A DNA stretch of 64,000 nucleotides from positions 61,132,001-61,196,000 of the forward strand of contig OZ336885.1 of NCBI GenBank assembly GCA_965287045.1, in the 5' to 3' direction. The stretch is from Carcharhinus amblyrhynchos. Taxonomy: Eukaryota. Positions 38,006-52,669 of this stretch are shown here, one piece after another (within the stretch, counting starts at the first letter, position 1; each line of letters starts with the position of its first letter). The notes beneath the pieces were generated by a model. The model did not search any database. It saw only the letters and a program-made list of their open reading frames with translations, and had not been told where the DNA came from. The translations under genes and the position numbers were made by a program.

Positions 38006-40211
38006 CATATATATAACATATATTAATGTATACAATATGTATTCATATAGAACAATGATCCGCGATTACCACATTCACGCTATATGACTGCAAATCGAGA
38101 AGTCACCGTGCATAAACCAGACTCTGAGATCCTGAAATTGCAATCCAACAGCCGTATGCTTAGCATTTCTCTGAAGCAGTTATCAAACTTTGACGGGCTA
38201 AAACGATGACAGTGCTAAGTGACAGATCAACATAAATGCAATGGCGGAGCATTAGGCATTCGTTCCAACGGCTGAGCTGTCGTTTAGTTTGGGTGGAGAG
38301 ATATGTTGTCCGGGTAGCTGAGTAAACAGAGTGAGAGTCTGCGAATATATTGGAAGTGGGGTAAGCAAGATGAATTTGATTGCAATCCTAACGACTATAA
38401 GTAGACCGATATAATGATATTAACGCGAGCTGAAATAGTGAGTCAGAAAATTGCATTGCAAGTACTGTGCCTACCCTGAAGCCAGATAACTCGATGGTTT
38501 CGAAAAACTGCTTTCAAAATTGTTTTATCCCACATTCATGATAAACCACGATCTGCATGTTACTCCCTTAAATCTATCTGACCCTCTAATTGTTAAGCAG
38601 AGGCCTTCTTGATGATTCACCGGATGAATTGCATGGACCAATTGAAGCTGCAATTTCAAGTTGTACCCATCCCTTCTTTCTTTGTTGTTTTGACATCAAC
38701 GTGTGATTGTATTTGTGATCATTGTTTCAGTGGGGGCAAGGCCGTAAAACAAGGAGCCATGGCATCTGTGACCAATCGGAACTACGAACGTGCAATCGCT
38801 CCAGGGTGGGTGAAGTCCCAGGGCACATATATTTTCGGAGCACCAATGTTGCTTCTGCAAAATTGTTCCGAATAGAGACATTTTGTCTTCATTAAGTAAT
38901 TCTTAAGGGCACATGTTCAAAATATTCAGCGTCGAATACACAAAACAATTGCTGTTCATACCTTATTCGTGTTTTTCATAAATGCAGATTAGGAACTGAA
39001 TCGGATATATTCCTTCCATTTTTAACCCAATCAAATTCAATCTATCACAGAACTCCGATGAATTTTTGCACCATTCCATACCAATGAGGCATCGCAAACA
39101 CGCACGGCATCAGAGATGGGGAGGCAAAATAAGACGTACACCACGCCGAAGCAAGATTGGCATCAGTTAAACAGCTGGATCGTCACTTTTTTTTAATCTT
39201 TTACGAATGTTAAGCACCCAACGCATGAACTTGCACATACACAGCATCCTTTTCTCTTCTTCACCACATCTTATACAAATTTGGCAGTGCCACTACTACA
39301 GCGTGCAACAGTGAGAGTTCGGCAACTCATTCCGCAAGCTTTAACATTTTCCAACAAATTGCAAATCTGTTACAGACGTAAGGAAGAAAAATGGTTTCCC
39401 ATTCTCAGCCTTGAAAGACTAGATGTAAATTGTGGATGAGGCCTCTTCTGTCAGGGATTTGGAACTGGCAGTGGCGGTTTCTTTTTTGTTTGCAAATTAA
39501 CTTTTTTAAATACAACTTTGAAATCTTCAAGACGGACGGAATTTTAATTTCCCGGGATTATAAACTGTTGTTATTCTGCCCTCGCTATTTATCCTTGGGT
39601 TCCAGTTTGCCTTCTAATCATTATGTCTTTGACGATTTTTTTTGTTAGAATAGTATCGCAAACAGCGCTGCTTTACTGATCTACTGGCAACGAATCGTGT
39701 TGATTTTGTTATGTTCCTGATGTAAAATTGCAAATATAAACGTACGAGGCTGGCTGTGCTGTAATGTGTTAATTCAAGAAGTCATGTCATAACTTATCTG
39801 GTGGAAAAGGCCGGCGAAGCCTTGGCATTCCTTTTATACTGGTCTCTAGAATATCAAAGTCATGCTGTCCACTTTCAGCTGACAGCTAATCACGGCTTGA
39901 ATCATTCACCACCTCGACCTCCGAAACGACAATCAATTTGCAGATTAAATAGTAAAGATTCTACCAGGTTTTATCCATTTGCATTATTCTGCCTGCTTAC
40001 GACATTTTCACAGTTTTCAGACATTGTTTCTTTCCAGCGCATTACATAAATTGATTTTATTGAAAGCGATGAATGCTAAACAATTTTTGTTTCGCTCTAC
40101 ACCTGGCTGCATGACGGGATGTGTCAGATCAACTGACTGGAGTCCACAAGACAATTGTCATAAATTTGCACATACCAGACAAAGCAAACAGGCACTGGTT
40201 TCGTTGCTCAC

Positions 40212-40238
40212 CTGCATTTTTTTCACGGAGCTCATGGT
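40212..40238 (-). CDS. 27-nt phase-1 microexon DHELREKNA (right copy)
   Basis: gttacgtgacag|ACCATG...AATGCAG|gtgagc. Confidence 0.8.
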
Positions 40239-40613
40239 CTGTCACGTAACCAAAACCAAAAAAAAACTATTTGGAAAAACGTGTTCACATTTCAACAACC
40301 ATAAGTTCTGTAAAACCTTGCAATACGCTCAAATCTTTAACATTATGCACAGCTGATGACCGTGCCTCCACCTATCGAATGGTTAAGTTTCATTTTCCGC
40401 CTAGTTAGGATACCTTTGCAGTGATTGCATAATTTTCAACATCCAACAATGTTCTGTACTGTCGTATTATTGTCTATAAAAGGTTATGTGATAGAGTGGA
40501 ATCTGTGAGTGATTAAAACTAAACTATCAAAAATGCACGTTTCTTTGTCAAACAATGTGCAATGCCGCTGTTATGATCATTTTCTGTAATATTTAATGTT
40601 ATCAACTACTCAC

Positions 40614-40640
40614 CATCAACAGGGGATTTACTTTCCAGCG
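40614..40640 (-). CDS. 27-nt phase-1 microexon ALESKSPVD (right copy)
   Basis: ttcgtttatgttttag|CGCTGG...GTTGATG|gtgagt. Confidence 0.78.
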
Positions 40641-40753
40641 CTAAAACATAAACGAAGTGGTATTTGATCAATACTGTGATTTTCAAAGGTTTATACAATT
40701 GCATATGATGAAAATCAACATAGAATGCTCGTCATTAAAGACAGATTACAGAC

Positions 40754-40780
40754 CATTCACTTTATCTTTTAACCTTTTTT
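40754..40780 (-). CDS. 27-nt phase-1 microexon EKRLKDKVN (right copy)
   Basis: ttgttgtttaccag|AAAAAAGG...GTGAATG|gtctgt (weak donor). Confidence 0.68.
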
Positions 40781-43700
40781 CTGGTAAACAACAACAATTC
40801 AATTAATTATTTTAATGGAATCTTAAGCCATTCGTCGCAGTTTATTTTTCAGTTCGTTCTTATGACATTCAAGTCAATTCAAAACGCAGCCAAGATCCAG
40901 TGGTTGAATTCCCTTGCGTGCCAAAATTCTTTGTCGTAACAATTAATTCTATTGTTGCAAACAGCTGCCTGTTGCTGGGCAAGGTGTTCAGAGAAACTAA
41001 CTATGTGATTTATGATTACGACCACATGAATACGAGGTAAAAGTAGAGCTTTCGATCTGTCCAGGCTGTTCCGCAAATGCAACATTTTCGTGATTGATCA
41101 GACTGTGATCGCAACACCATAACCCACATTCACCTTAAATAATTTGATTTACTGATCATATGATTTTATGCTGCAGCCTATATGTTTAATGTTGCAGTCT
41201 TAACTTATGGACAGCAACAAAGAAAACTTTTACTTTCTCTATAATGGCGGGCTTTTTTTTATTTTAACTACTTATTTACGTTGCTCCGACAGGAGGAGCT
41301 TGAATCATCCACCCACTTAATTTACCTGAGAGTTATACATTTTTCAGTATGTTTACTTTTCATCCTTTATATTTGCAAAGTATTCCATCCTGTTTGGTCA
41401 ATGTTTATAGGTAAGATGACAAACCCGGTTTAACTATCCGTCCAATAGCCTTGTATGAACTGCATCACATGATTGAAGGTTTTCTTCGGTCAAGAGCCCA
41501 AGGTTCTACACTCTACTCCAGATGTATTCACCCAAATGCACTGTGCAAGTACGGGTAAAATGTACAGTATATTTGATGAGCATGACAATTCCCAGGAAAT
41601 AACATTGTTGCAACTGCCCTCCGAATCGCTTTGTGTTTCTGCAGAACATACATATATATTTATATATTTCTGGTTCATGGACCAAGGCTCCAAACCTATC
41701 ATAGGTCTTGTCAGCGCCAGTGGGCGAAACGACCACTACGGACTCAGGGTGAAGTTCAATAACGGCACCGCTTTATTTTCTTTTACGTCGACGGAGAAGC
41801 ACAGTCAGGACATACAATCACACTGTCCCGAATTCGCTCTGACGGTCCCTCGCAGCGGGCTATAGTAACACCTGAACTTCGGTACAGTATGCGATTCAAA
41901 TGTTGATTCTTTGATTACAGTATTCGACCTCAGCCGTCCTGTCTCGATGTTTTCAAGTGTTGAGGAAATTGTTTTAAGTGTTTGTTAATTGTTTTGTCTG
42001 ATTGGTTATTAATGGTCTAGAACCTCTGGGGTTTGAACCATAGATGTGCCGTTGATCTCAAAAGAGGTTTGAGGGGCCAGGAACGTTTCCTTAGCTATGC
42101 TAATTTTAGGTGTCTCCATGGGTTGTTTGACTGTTTTTGAAGTGCTGAATTTGATGGAGTGGGGATTTAGTTCCTGTAGGTGCCATCTTGTCCAGTTTCC
42201 TTTGTGTGCTAGCCCTCACTTGCGTTCTAAAAGCATGCTCTTGCATGCTAATCGGTGTCTGTTACTTTGTGATTTTTAGTGGAGAGGCTCTGAGTGTAAC
42301 TTTAGTTTGCGTACATATTGTGCGCCCAATTTCATAAAATTTGTTGACCGATAACAGTCTGAATCTTAGGAACGTTCTTCATTTAATGAAGCTGCCCGTT
42401 CTCTAAATATTGCTGTTGACAGGTTGACAATAGCAAATTTCTACAAAGTATATGCCATCTTTCTTCTTCGCCAAACAATTTCAACATTTTTGTCCCTTTC
42501 AAGAAGACATGCGAGTTCTTCGAAACTTCGGTTCCCCTCTGTCGCTTTTTCGTCCGTGAACGTAACAACACACTTTGAACCCCTTCATGAAATCATTCAT
42601 ACAAAGTGTGCATGCTTCAAGGCTCAGCATAGATCCCTGCAATGGACCCCTAAAGTCATCATGTGAAAACAGGCATTACCAGTTTCTGCTTGATCGCTGT
42701 TTCCTGTTAGCTGAAAAATACTTTTCCATTTCAAGCATGTTACTCTTGCACTGCGATATATTATTTTGCACTTCTATTGAAGATCAGGATCTTGCGAGCG
42801 ATTTATGTTCATCTATTTCAATATTTTTCATTGACTTCATTTTTCAAAATTGTTCATTAATTCCTTTAAAGCACCCCAAACATAATAGCACATATTTAAC
42901 ATCTCACTGAATCATATTGCCTCTGACTTTTTTTTTAATTCTGTTAGTATCCTTCTCGGACCAGATCAATAACAAAATCCAAATATTTCACAGTGATAGA
43001 TGAAAAGTTAACTGTCATGTAATTTGAAATTCTCTGGCTCTTTTTTTATTTGCTGCGGAGATTTCATGTCCACAGTATTGCAATTTTGTGTGATTATTCC
43101 GTTCTTTTTGGAACATTAAAAAAAAGTAGCACTACCTCAATGACTATATGCTTACAGACGGGATGACTGAGTCCAGCAGAGAGTGTGCAATTGTCACAAC
43201 TTTTACTTTTCAGATAATCTTTTGAGTCCCATTAGCCGGCGATTTTAAATGTTTTGTTTCGTTCCCTTTCACATTGTGATACAGAGTTGTATGTGGAGAG
43301 TTGCATTTAGATTGCAGACAGAACCAAAGTGCCTATTTGTACCATCTGCCGTCGCCCCTTTTTCAATCATTGATTCACCACTCTCATCGTTTCTCTGCCG
43401 TCATTTTCGCCTCTTTTTTAATGTTTCCCGATTTTCTGTTCTGCTTTCGTTTGTAAGGAATTATGTACGTTTATCCCATCTGATACTACATGAAGTTCCT
43501 TAGTTATCAACGCGTGCTGCACCCTTCACCTAGACTATTACTTGATCACTGAAATGTGTCTGTCTTGCATTACATATCTCTTGAAATGGACATTAATACG
43601 TATTAAAGCTCGTAAGTATTCAATTTGGTCGCCAGAACAAAATTATTGATGGATATTGTGAACACTAAGGCTAAGTTCCTAAATTTGATCTATTCCGCAT

Positions 43701-44309
43701 GCCTTAGTCTTCCATCACGAATATTATCCATTTTAACGTTCTCTTTGAGTTGTTCTTGTTCGCCAATCCAACATGCATTTCAGTGCCACGGCATTGACGA
43801 TACACGAGTTATTTTAATTTCGTGACTTAAACTCCCGGTCGGGGCTTTTAAGGAAAAGCTCCATGAAAGTCAAAATGTGCTATGCACATCGATTATCCTT
43901 TTAACCATTTTCGAGAAATTTGTTAAAATAACACCAACAAATTGAGTAAACGATTTCATATCTCGAAATCGGTGCTGGCTATGCAGAAATGGATCATGAT
44001 TACCAATTTGCTGGCAGAGCATTTTTAGACTGGCCCGTACCACCCCTCTACATTTATCTGACGAATCACCCTAAATTAAGTAGCTCAGTACACAAAGTGA
44101 CAATTAGGAATGACCAATCCACTTAGTATGAAATTATTTGGCCTATAATTGGAATCGGGAACAACTAATGAAACCTAAGCAGACAGGTGTTCTTGGACAG
44201 ATACCCCAGGAATGAATTGACCCCGTGAACAATGCAGGAACAATAACAACAACTCTTCCAAAATGCGACCATAATAACATTCATGTAATATTCTTGATAA
44301 CAACGCTTT

Positions 44310-44597
44310 CAGTGAAAAGGAACCTTCGACCCATCCAGCCTGCACCGACCACAATCCCACCCAGGCCCTGTTCCACTTATTTTCCCTGCTCATCTCCTGA
44401 CATTATGTATCAAATTTGCATGGGCAATCAACCTAACTCTCGCATTGTTGGAGTTTGGGAGGAAATCGGAGCATCCAGTAGAAACTCACAGTGACACAGG
44501 AAGAATGTGCAACCACCACACAGAGAGTCACCCAAGGCAGGAACTGAACCGGGTCCATGGCACTGTGAGGCAGCAGTGCTAAGCACTGCGCTGCCTA
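44310..44597 (-). mobile_element. HE1/V-SINE-type SINE (paralog of 17260-17550)
   Basis: Same core motifs. Confidence 0.82.
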
Positions 44598-44785
44598 CCT
44601 CATTTTGCCACGGTGGCGGACTCGCATCGATAAAATAATTTAGTTTCGACTGATCAGGATGCAGTTTGAAATGCCAGCACTGAGCAAAATGCACACATTA
44701 AGATTATTGAGATATTCCATTAATCACGCGAGTATTCTATTAGCAATATCAATCTTTAAACTAGGTCATAATATATGCATCTTAC

Positions 44786-44821
44786 CTAATTCATTGAACA
44801 TTTGCAACTGGTTTTCGGCCT
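44786..44821 (-). CDS. 36-nt phase-1 microexon EAENQLQMFNEL (right copy)
   Basis: ttctcattcacttcag|AGGCCG...GAATTAG|gtaaga. Confidence 0.82.
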   Translation of the reverse strand, partial: RPKTSCKCSMN

Positions 44822-47800
44822 CTGAAGTGAATGAGAAATCATTTTTGATCTCACTTTGCTTGTGTTGCTGTCATTCGTTTGTACCTGTATGCACTTGTGG
44901 TCAAGGACGTTTGAACGCGCGCTTGAGGTAACTGATTGACGGCCCATTTGTCTCACTGCTGTGATAAAACAACAAACGAGATGATCTGTCAAGTCACAAG
45001 CTATCCAATTGGAAATCATTGCTAAATTCTGAGGGAACTTAAAAAATAAAGTCTTCCAAACGGAAGAGGATGCCTTTGTGTTTCTCTGTTTGAGCATAGG
45101 CAGCTGGGGTGGAGTGGGCGGCGGTGCGGTAACGTGAACTCGGCGGTTTTCAAATTCGTCTTCCTCCCGAGAGAAAACAATAATAAACAAAATGTGATAT
45201 TATTGGCGTGGTGGTGGGTTCAGTCTTCAATCATGATTAGGTGCTGCTGTTAGCCCTGTGATTCTTAATTACATACACAAGCCTCTCGTTGAAGCTAGTG
45301 TATTATGAATAATTAAACGCCGCAGGTAAATCATTGTCTCTGATGTAATGATAGACCGACATTTACCAAATAGATTTCTGAACGAAGATATCGGTGACTC
45401 TCATGTGTGTGTTTGAAATGCTTTAAGCCAACAATGCGTTCTTGAAGACAAATTCTGTTTACCAAATATGACGTAAATTCACAAGAAATTACTTCGATAT
45501 GTAATGGAAGCAACGTGATTCCGTTTCTATGTGGGCCGTTGCAAATAAAGGGAGTTCGACGAACCGGAGTTCCTGTCCCAAAAAAATTCTTGTGTGTGCA
45601 CATATTTCTAGCTGTGGTGAAACTGTCTAAGAAGTGTCAACATGCATACATTGTATCACAATTGTCTGAAGGCATTTAGAAGTCACAGAGATGAAATAAT
45701 TATTATTACCTTGTACTCCGTGATTTCGCAAAAATAATGTTATTTGTTGTTTTCGAAAAAGCGTTGGTCTTTCGTGTTATGTTTAACAATTAATTTATAT
45801 GGAAGAGAATAGTTGCGTCAAATAGTGTAGACATTAAGTCAACGGACAGCTTCACAATATTAAAGCGGGTATCAGAAATTACCAAATTAATTCATATGCA
45901 AGAACTGTTGTTGCATATCAAAGAGCTAATTTCTCAATATGTATGTTACAAAATATTAACCTTCATAAATTTGCCGTAATGAACTTGGCAACTCAAAAAA
46001 TGCCCATCTGATGTTCAGCCACAACTTTCCACAGCATTTCAGTTAAAACGAGGTTTTAAAGCAGTCCTTTTTTAAAAGAAAAGGTCCCATCAAGGATTCC
46101 TGCCTCTTCTTCTGCGTGATCATCACTTTCAGAGGTGTTGCTGTCTGCTAGTAAATTTCTTCCATCTCATCATTCTTCAGCCTCTTCCACTACAGATACA
46201 GAATCAATCACACTTTGTGTTATTATTTCTGGAAGGAGTTGCATTGTCAACTGGTGTTTTGCTATGAAATTGCAGTGCTTTACTCGCCTAGGTACACTAC
46301 TGAATAAGCAAAAATCAAAACTGTCTCGCTGTTCAGCCATGGTAGAACTGCATACCAAACGGCCCAATTCGCCCTGGTTCCTCCTCTGTTTCCAGCTTTC
46401 CAGTGTATAAACCCATCGCTCCTAGGTCGACGTGTAATGATATGGAAATATGCCTTGCCCATTTAAGTCATATATGAGGCGAAAGTGTTTTTCACTAAGC
46501 GGTCGTTTGTCTTTGCAAATATGTTTCTGACAAGTTTGTGCCAACCTATTCCTTGTAAACCAGTCTGAGTTTGACAGGTTCTTGGTCAGCAAAGGTGTGA
46601 CGCCATATCGGGCAGAGGCTGAGTTCAGATGTATGCTTAATATCAGATCCGTGAATGTTAGTGAATTGCGGCACGGGTCTGAATAGCTAAATGACCACAT
46701 CCAGCCCCCTGTTCCCTTGGATTTTCAAATGACCATTTAATGGCCTTCTCCATTATAATGCACTGTGAGACGCGCACAGCACCCTGAATGCGACAACACG
46801 CATTCCTGTTTTTATTACGATTGCAGTGAGTCATGTCTTGGATGTGCTGTCCTTGTTACACTTCACTCTGCGTGTTCTTCTGTAGGGAGCAACGGTTTGA
46901 GTGTGGTCATTGTGCTATGGGAAAATTCAGTGCAACGTGATGTGCATGATCTAACAGTGCCTTCGTTGTAAGAAATGGAGAACGATTTGAAAGTTTAGCT
47001 TCCTGTGGCATATGCATGCTTTTCTTGTTTTAGAATTCGACTGATGCCCACCAGGTTCCATAGCGGTTTTCAGCTAAGTACATATAAGGCGCTTTAAGGG
47101 AGAATAGGCGTGCACAAAGGACAAGGAAACAAAGTTGCACCAGGTAACGCCTACCTTGCAACATCGTGTTTTGAGGCAAATAAGAAGAATACAATGCAAA
47201 TGACACAGTGGTGCAAGTAAAAATGTAAATAATGATCGCCAAATATTTCATGAAATGGTAACAATTAACAAATAGAAGAAGCAAGAGAAAGGTGTACATA
47301 ATAAAAACAATTCCATCATTGGCTGCCAATGCATATTAAACGGAAGGGGAAATTGAAGATGTAGAAGTTGGACGTGGAAAACAAAACTTCGGAATTGTGT
47401 GACGCATGAAATCGAAGAATAAACTCCACGGATATATACAAAAACTACACTGAGCTTTTTTTTTATCGGAATAAAGACAATCTATAAATGACGCACAATG
47501 CGATGATGCGCCACGGATATGTTTCACTGGAAACATATTGGGCTTTAAATTGGGAACTCAAAAAAAAAACACACTTTTTTAAATAAATGTGTCTAGAGAT
47601 GCCAACATCATGGTGGGGTGTTTCACGAAAAGATAAGTTGAGGAGGAACAACTTCCAGCGAAGTTATCAAGTTGGACCTATCCTTTGCAACATCTAGTAG
47701 CTTGGCTCAGATAAAACGTGAACAATACAATACGCTTGATACAATATCAGTCATTGTCATTGATATGAATATTAATGGTGGTTAGTGAAGATGTTTGCAG

Positions 47801-48226
47801 CAATTTTGCGAGAAGATTGAAATGCTCTTGTTGGACACTGCACCGAGACCCATTTCTCAATCGTGTTTTCCAGTGAACATCCAATTAAGTGTTCATAGCT
47901 ATTGGTGTGACAACTCAGTCAATACAGATGGACAGAAAGGAACACTGAAGTCACGTCATGGTTACTGATAGAGACTGACGTCCCCTGAATGCATTGATTC
48001 ATTAAATGTATCTGCAGGAGACATTAATATTGGCAATGACGAATATTTTGGTACAGAATAACGGTTTCTCACGTGGCTCAAAAATTAATCCCGTAGTTGC
48101 ACATCGAAATTGTGAGACAACGTGAGATGTGTTCCAATGCAAAAACGGGGTGGGACAACCATTTCGTCTCACTATTTGTACTTCGATGGAGATTGGATAA
48201 CAAGGACAGCATCAGTATTGCTAGAG

Positions 48227-48530
48227 TGGCATTGTGCCACAGCCGCTAGTAATGCTGCCTTACAGCGCCAGTTACCCGGATTAAATTCCCGGCTTGGATT
48301 AATGCATGGTGTTTGCACGTTATCTCTGTGATTGCTTGGGTTTCCTCGGATGCTCCCGTTACCCCCCCGCCCCCGGTGCGAGATGATAGCCTGTCCATGC
48401 CAATTATTCCCTTTGTGCCGGGGGACTGCTAGGGTAAATCCATGCGGTTATGAGTTAGTACCTCCGTTCGATAGGTCGGCTCAGACCCGATAGGCCGAAT
48501 GGCCTCTTGCTGCAGTAAATGATTCTATGG
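48227..48530 (+). mobile_element. HE1/V-SINE-type SINE (paralog of 21170-21470)
   Basis: Same degenerate head and tail. Confidence 0.78.
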
Positions 48531-51299
48531 CATAATCTCATGGCTTCGGCACTTCAAGAACGGCAATGATATTCTTCATTCTACCGAAATGAAACGTGTT
48601 CCTGTAAGTACACTTGTGAATTGGACGTGATCGTGAGGGAGTTGCATGACGGACGGGAATGGAAGAACCATCCGGTGACAGTACTGCCATATAGTAGCAT
48701 GTCATGTTACGGGAATGGTAGCATAATGGTGAACTGCGTCCTTCCATGACTGAAGTTTGCTCCAACGTATCTATTGCTGGACTGTATGCCAGAACATTTG
48801 GCTCCCCCATCGTGGATGAGACAGTTTGCCGTGAAACTGAACTTTGCATCAGCTTTTGTTTCAGGGACTGCAGTATTTGATGTGCTTACAGAGAAAGCAT
48901 ATTATCAAAGCAAGATTGAAAAACTTCGTTCCAAAATATATTAACCTCCAGGATATATCGAAATTATCAGGACATCATGGGGAGATATTCAATCACTCAG
49001 AGCTAAACAATATTGCCAACCCAAGTTAAACCATGGGGGACATGGACAATATGCTGCACAGTCAAAATACTGGCTGGGGTTTTACCCCCGCCCACGACAG
49101 GAATCGAAAAGCGCGAGGAAAGCTTCATGGAAAGGTCTGTTGACCAGAAACGGGATTTTACGGACGTGGGATAGTGGGTGCCTCAGTTGGGAATTAACAG
49201 GAAGTCCGCAGCCGTTCTAATGCGTCAATCAAAGAACGTATTCACTTTTGAAGATGCCAACGCGTTTGTTCCCAGTCAATTCTGATGAGAAGAACGGGGT
49301 GTCGCATTTAACATTATGAAATCACCCGCGGTTGACCGGACGCGTTGAATCCTGATCCAAGGTATTTACTTTCAGATTCAGAGGGAGGCCATTTTGCAAT
49401 GAATTAGCTACTCCTTTTTTTGAAGAAATATAAATATTTAATACGCCATATAAACATTATTTCTAACATCTTGATTCCAGTGATTTATTTCCTTACCGAT
49501 AAGACAATTGCATTAGTTTTTTTTTGAAGCTGCTTTTGCTTTATTGTGAAATGTTGCGCCAGACTGCTCTATTGCAGAAAGATCCATTTCAAGAATGTAC
49601 AATGAGTGATGATAAGACAAGGAACAAGTATTCCAATGGAAATATGTATTTAAGACTTGGAGTAACATAGGCGATCAAACGGCAACTCTCTGGGATAGGA
49701 AAAATTCAGAGAGTATCACAAAGTACAACATTGACACAGAATGAAAAAAAAGGCATAAAGTCAGCAATTATAAATTATACATTTTTTTTTCCTGAAATTG
49801 GCAGATATGCAAACCTCCGTATGGGCACATTGGCTGTCTTAATATCAAGAGTAATCGTACTGAGAAAACGGGGAAAAAAATCAAATAAATAAAATAAGTT
49901 GTGTGTGAAGTATAACCTGACAACGTCGTAAATGATGAAATGACAAAGCAAAGTTCAGAAGGGCCGAGGCAGAACGCTGAATTGCAAGAAACTTGCACAT
50001 AATAGGTTAGTCTGTACAAGGATTGCAAGTTTGTGATATAAAACACGAAGGTGTACCAAAGTATATCGAGTTTCTCCATTGTGCAGTAAAGAAGAGGAAA
50101 TGTGTGTGTGCATTAACGACAGCTTGAATTTGACATACCAAAATGTCGCAGAACTTATAAGATTTGCAATTAGGAACTTATAAGATTTGCAACGAAATGT
50201 GAATTGGTACCAAATGGAACGGCTTGATGCAATAATGTTCAAATATTTTTACTTTGGCTTTGACTGGAAAGTTGATTTGCCTCTGAGTAATCTGAATAAT
50301 GACATAAACCTGAATCAACTGTTTGGAGCTGGTTCAAAAGAGAGACATGCCAGGTCGTTAGATGAGTTAGTAGGGATCTATCTCTTGTATAAATTGTCGA
50401 GGCGTTGCTATTTGTATTGCAACAAGAAATAAAAAGAAGAAAAATATGGTCGTTTGCAAATGATAGGACATTTTGGCAGGGAGGGTGTTTGGCAAGCATT
50501 TGACACGCACTGAAACAAGAAAATATATATTTAAAGAAGTATGAAATTGTCAACATTCATTTTCCACACAAACGTTTGCTGCAAAGCAGACAAGCTAACT
50601 GAAAAGGGACACAATTTGACATCATGAACTCTCTCAAAATGCATTCTGCACATCTGTCCGCGAAATACATTACGTAGTTAATTTTGCGGAGTGAAATCCT
50701 TGTGGAGGCGAAAGAATAGTTAACGTAATTTGGAAGATTCTGTGATCCTGCATTTTTAGCGCTACAGTACCTGGAATATGAAAAAAAAGGTTTCATAGCC
50801 TAAAATATGGTACTGTGTCATGTTTTTTTTAATAATTTAGCCAGCAATTGGCCGTTTAGTGACTGCAGAACAGACACATAGCCGCGTCTACATTTCTATA
50901 GACTGCGTGCCTATATATAGCCCCGATCTTGTAAATATTCCTGCATCACTCGTGTCGTATTTAGCCCTTGCCGTAATAAAGCAACGAAAATTCAGACATT
51001 CGTGTACATTTTGATTAAACAAGGCATGAGAATACCAGAAATGTGCCCAGCATTCGACTTGGATCCTCACGACTGTGTAGGTCGACCACAAACGTGCGCA
51101 TTACACCACCGGTTGTTTGCCAAAAGTATATGGAGACTGTTGAAATATTATACTAAGATTTGAATCTTTTTTTTCAATATCAAGACATATTTTGCGCTGC
51201 AAATACACAATGACTGTACCACTCAAACACGTGTTTGGTTGCTTGATGTGAAAATGACGCTCACATTTCAAGGGACAGCATTTGTTTTGCGGCGCTAAC

Positions 51300-51326
51300 C
51301 TTGTTCTGTCAGCATTAGTTTTCTTT
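51300..51326 (-). CDS. 27-nt phase-1 microexon ERKLMLTEQ (right copy)
   Basis: gtttttcacag|AAAGAAAAC...GAACAAG|gttagc. Confidence 0.78.
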
Positions 51327-52639
51327 CTGTGAAAAACATTAATGAGGCAGACCATAGAAAATTACATACATGTGGCGACACAATCTTTTTTATTATTATT
51401 ATAACTACCCTCTTTTGGCTAAATGGAAATTAAGTTGTACTCCTTTGTGTCTGGTCAATTCAGTAAAACCCACTTCACTTTATATAAAATAATGAATCCA
51501 CCCATCATGTTTAGAATATGCCCTGCAAACTTTCTCTATCATCCATTAAGTCTTTGGACGAAAACTTCAATATGTTTCATATTTCGGCAATTGTCAAGTT
51601 CTGAATTACCAAACGCCAATTTTCAGCTGCTGACTGAATAACCATTATTTGGTGGGATGCAGGATATCAGGCAATTCGTATCAATAATCAATATTTTCAA
51701 AAAAACAAGCCTCAACACGTTTGCATTGCCATTGCACGTTGCAGATCTAATCAAAACAATCCTGAACAACCATTTCTATTTAAATAATTCAATTGAAAGT
51801 TACGTCACCTGGAAAGGTTTGTGCGTCTCACGAAATTAAGAATAATGCTTTTTTTATTGATGGCACATTACTTCGCCAGTTGACTTATTTCATAAAACAT
51901 TTGTTATCGCTTAGTCCATTTAACTTCAGTTGTGTTAAGAAGTTAACAGGTCAGTTCAGCTGTTCTATTTCATAACGGTCGTCCGGAAGTTCACAATTCT
52001 TCAGTCTGTCATCTGCAATGTTGAACATGCCGCCTTTTCACCATTGCCCCTGTTCACGGTTGCAAATCTAACCTGTCAAAGGATCAAAGACGCACACTCG
52101 CCGCTGTCTCTTTTCATATTCCACGGACTTCAAATGTACTCTCATTGTCCCGTGGGCTTCTGCGTGATCTGGCCATCCATGCACTCAGCGTTTTTCACAA
52201 CCTCATAAACAGACAATGATTAACGTAATTTGGCCGATTTGCATTCGACACGATTTCCTAACAAAAAAAAATCCAAGTTACGATTATTTATGTCCTTGAA
52301 TAATCTAAAAAATGCTTCCCATCATTGATGGTATACTCATTAGTGTGCATGTATTATAATATTCTGCTTTATGTTATGATATAATATTATTGAAATATCA
52401 AATTCCCTATTATGTTGGCACTGCTGCTATTTGCATGAAAATATAAACTATGGACATCACTTTCAGCATTTTTTATCCGGACATTTGTAGCTTCCTTAGA
52501 TAACTCTTAGCTGTGTTAATAACTTTTACCTTGTAATGCAGACAACATTTTAGCACACCTTCTTTGTCTGTGTTACAATACACGTAGTCGGGACCAATTT
52601 AGTCCCAATTTAACATAAACAAGTTGTGTTACCACTAAC

Positions 52640-52669
52640 CTGCCTCTTGTAGTTTATTTTTCAAATCGT
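52640..52669 (-). CDS. 30-nt phase-1 microexon DDLKNKLQEA (42 nt, VIHS-DDL..., with the upstream AG)
   Basis: ttttttttgcag-ttattcactcag|ACGATT...GAGGCAG|gttagt. Confidence 0.75.
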
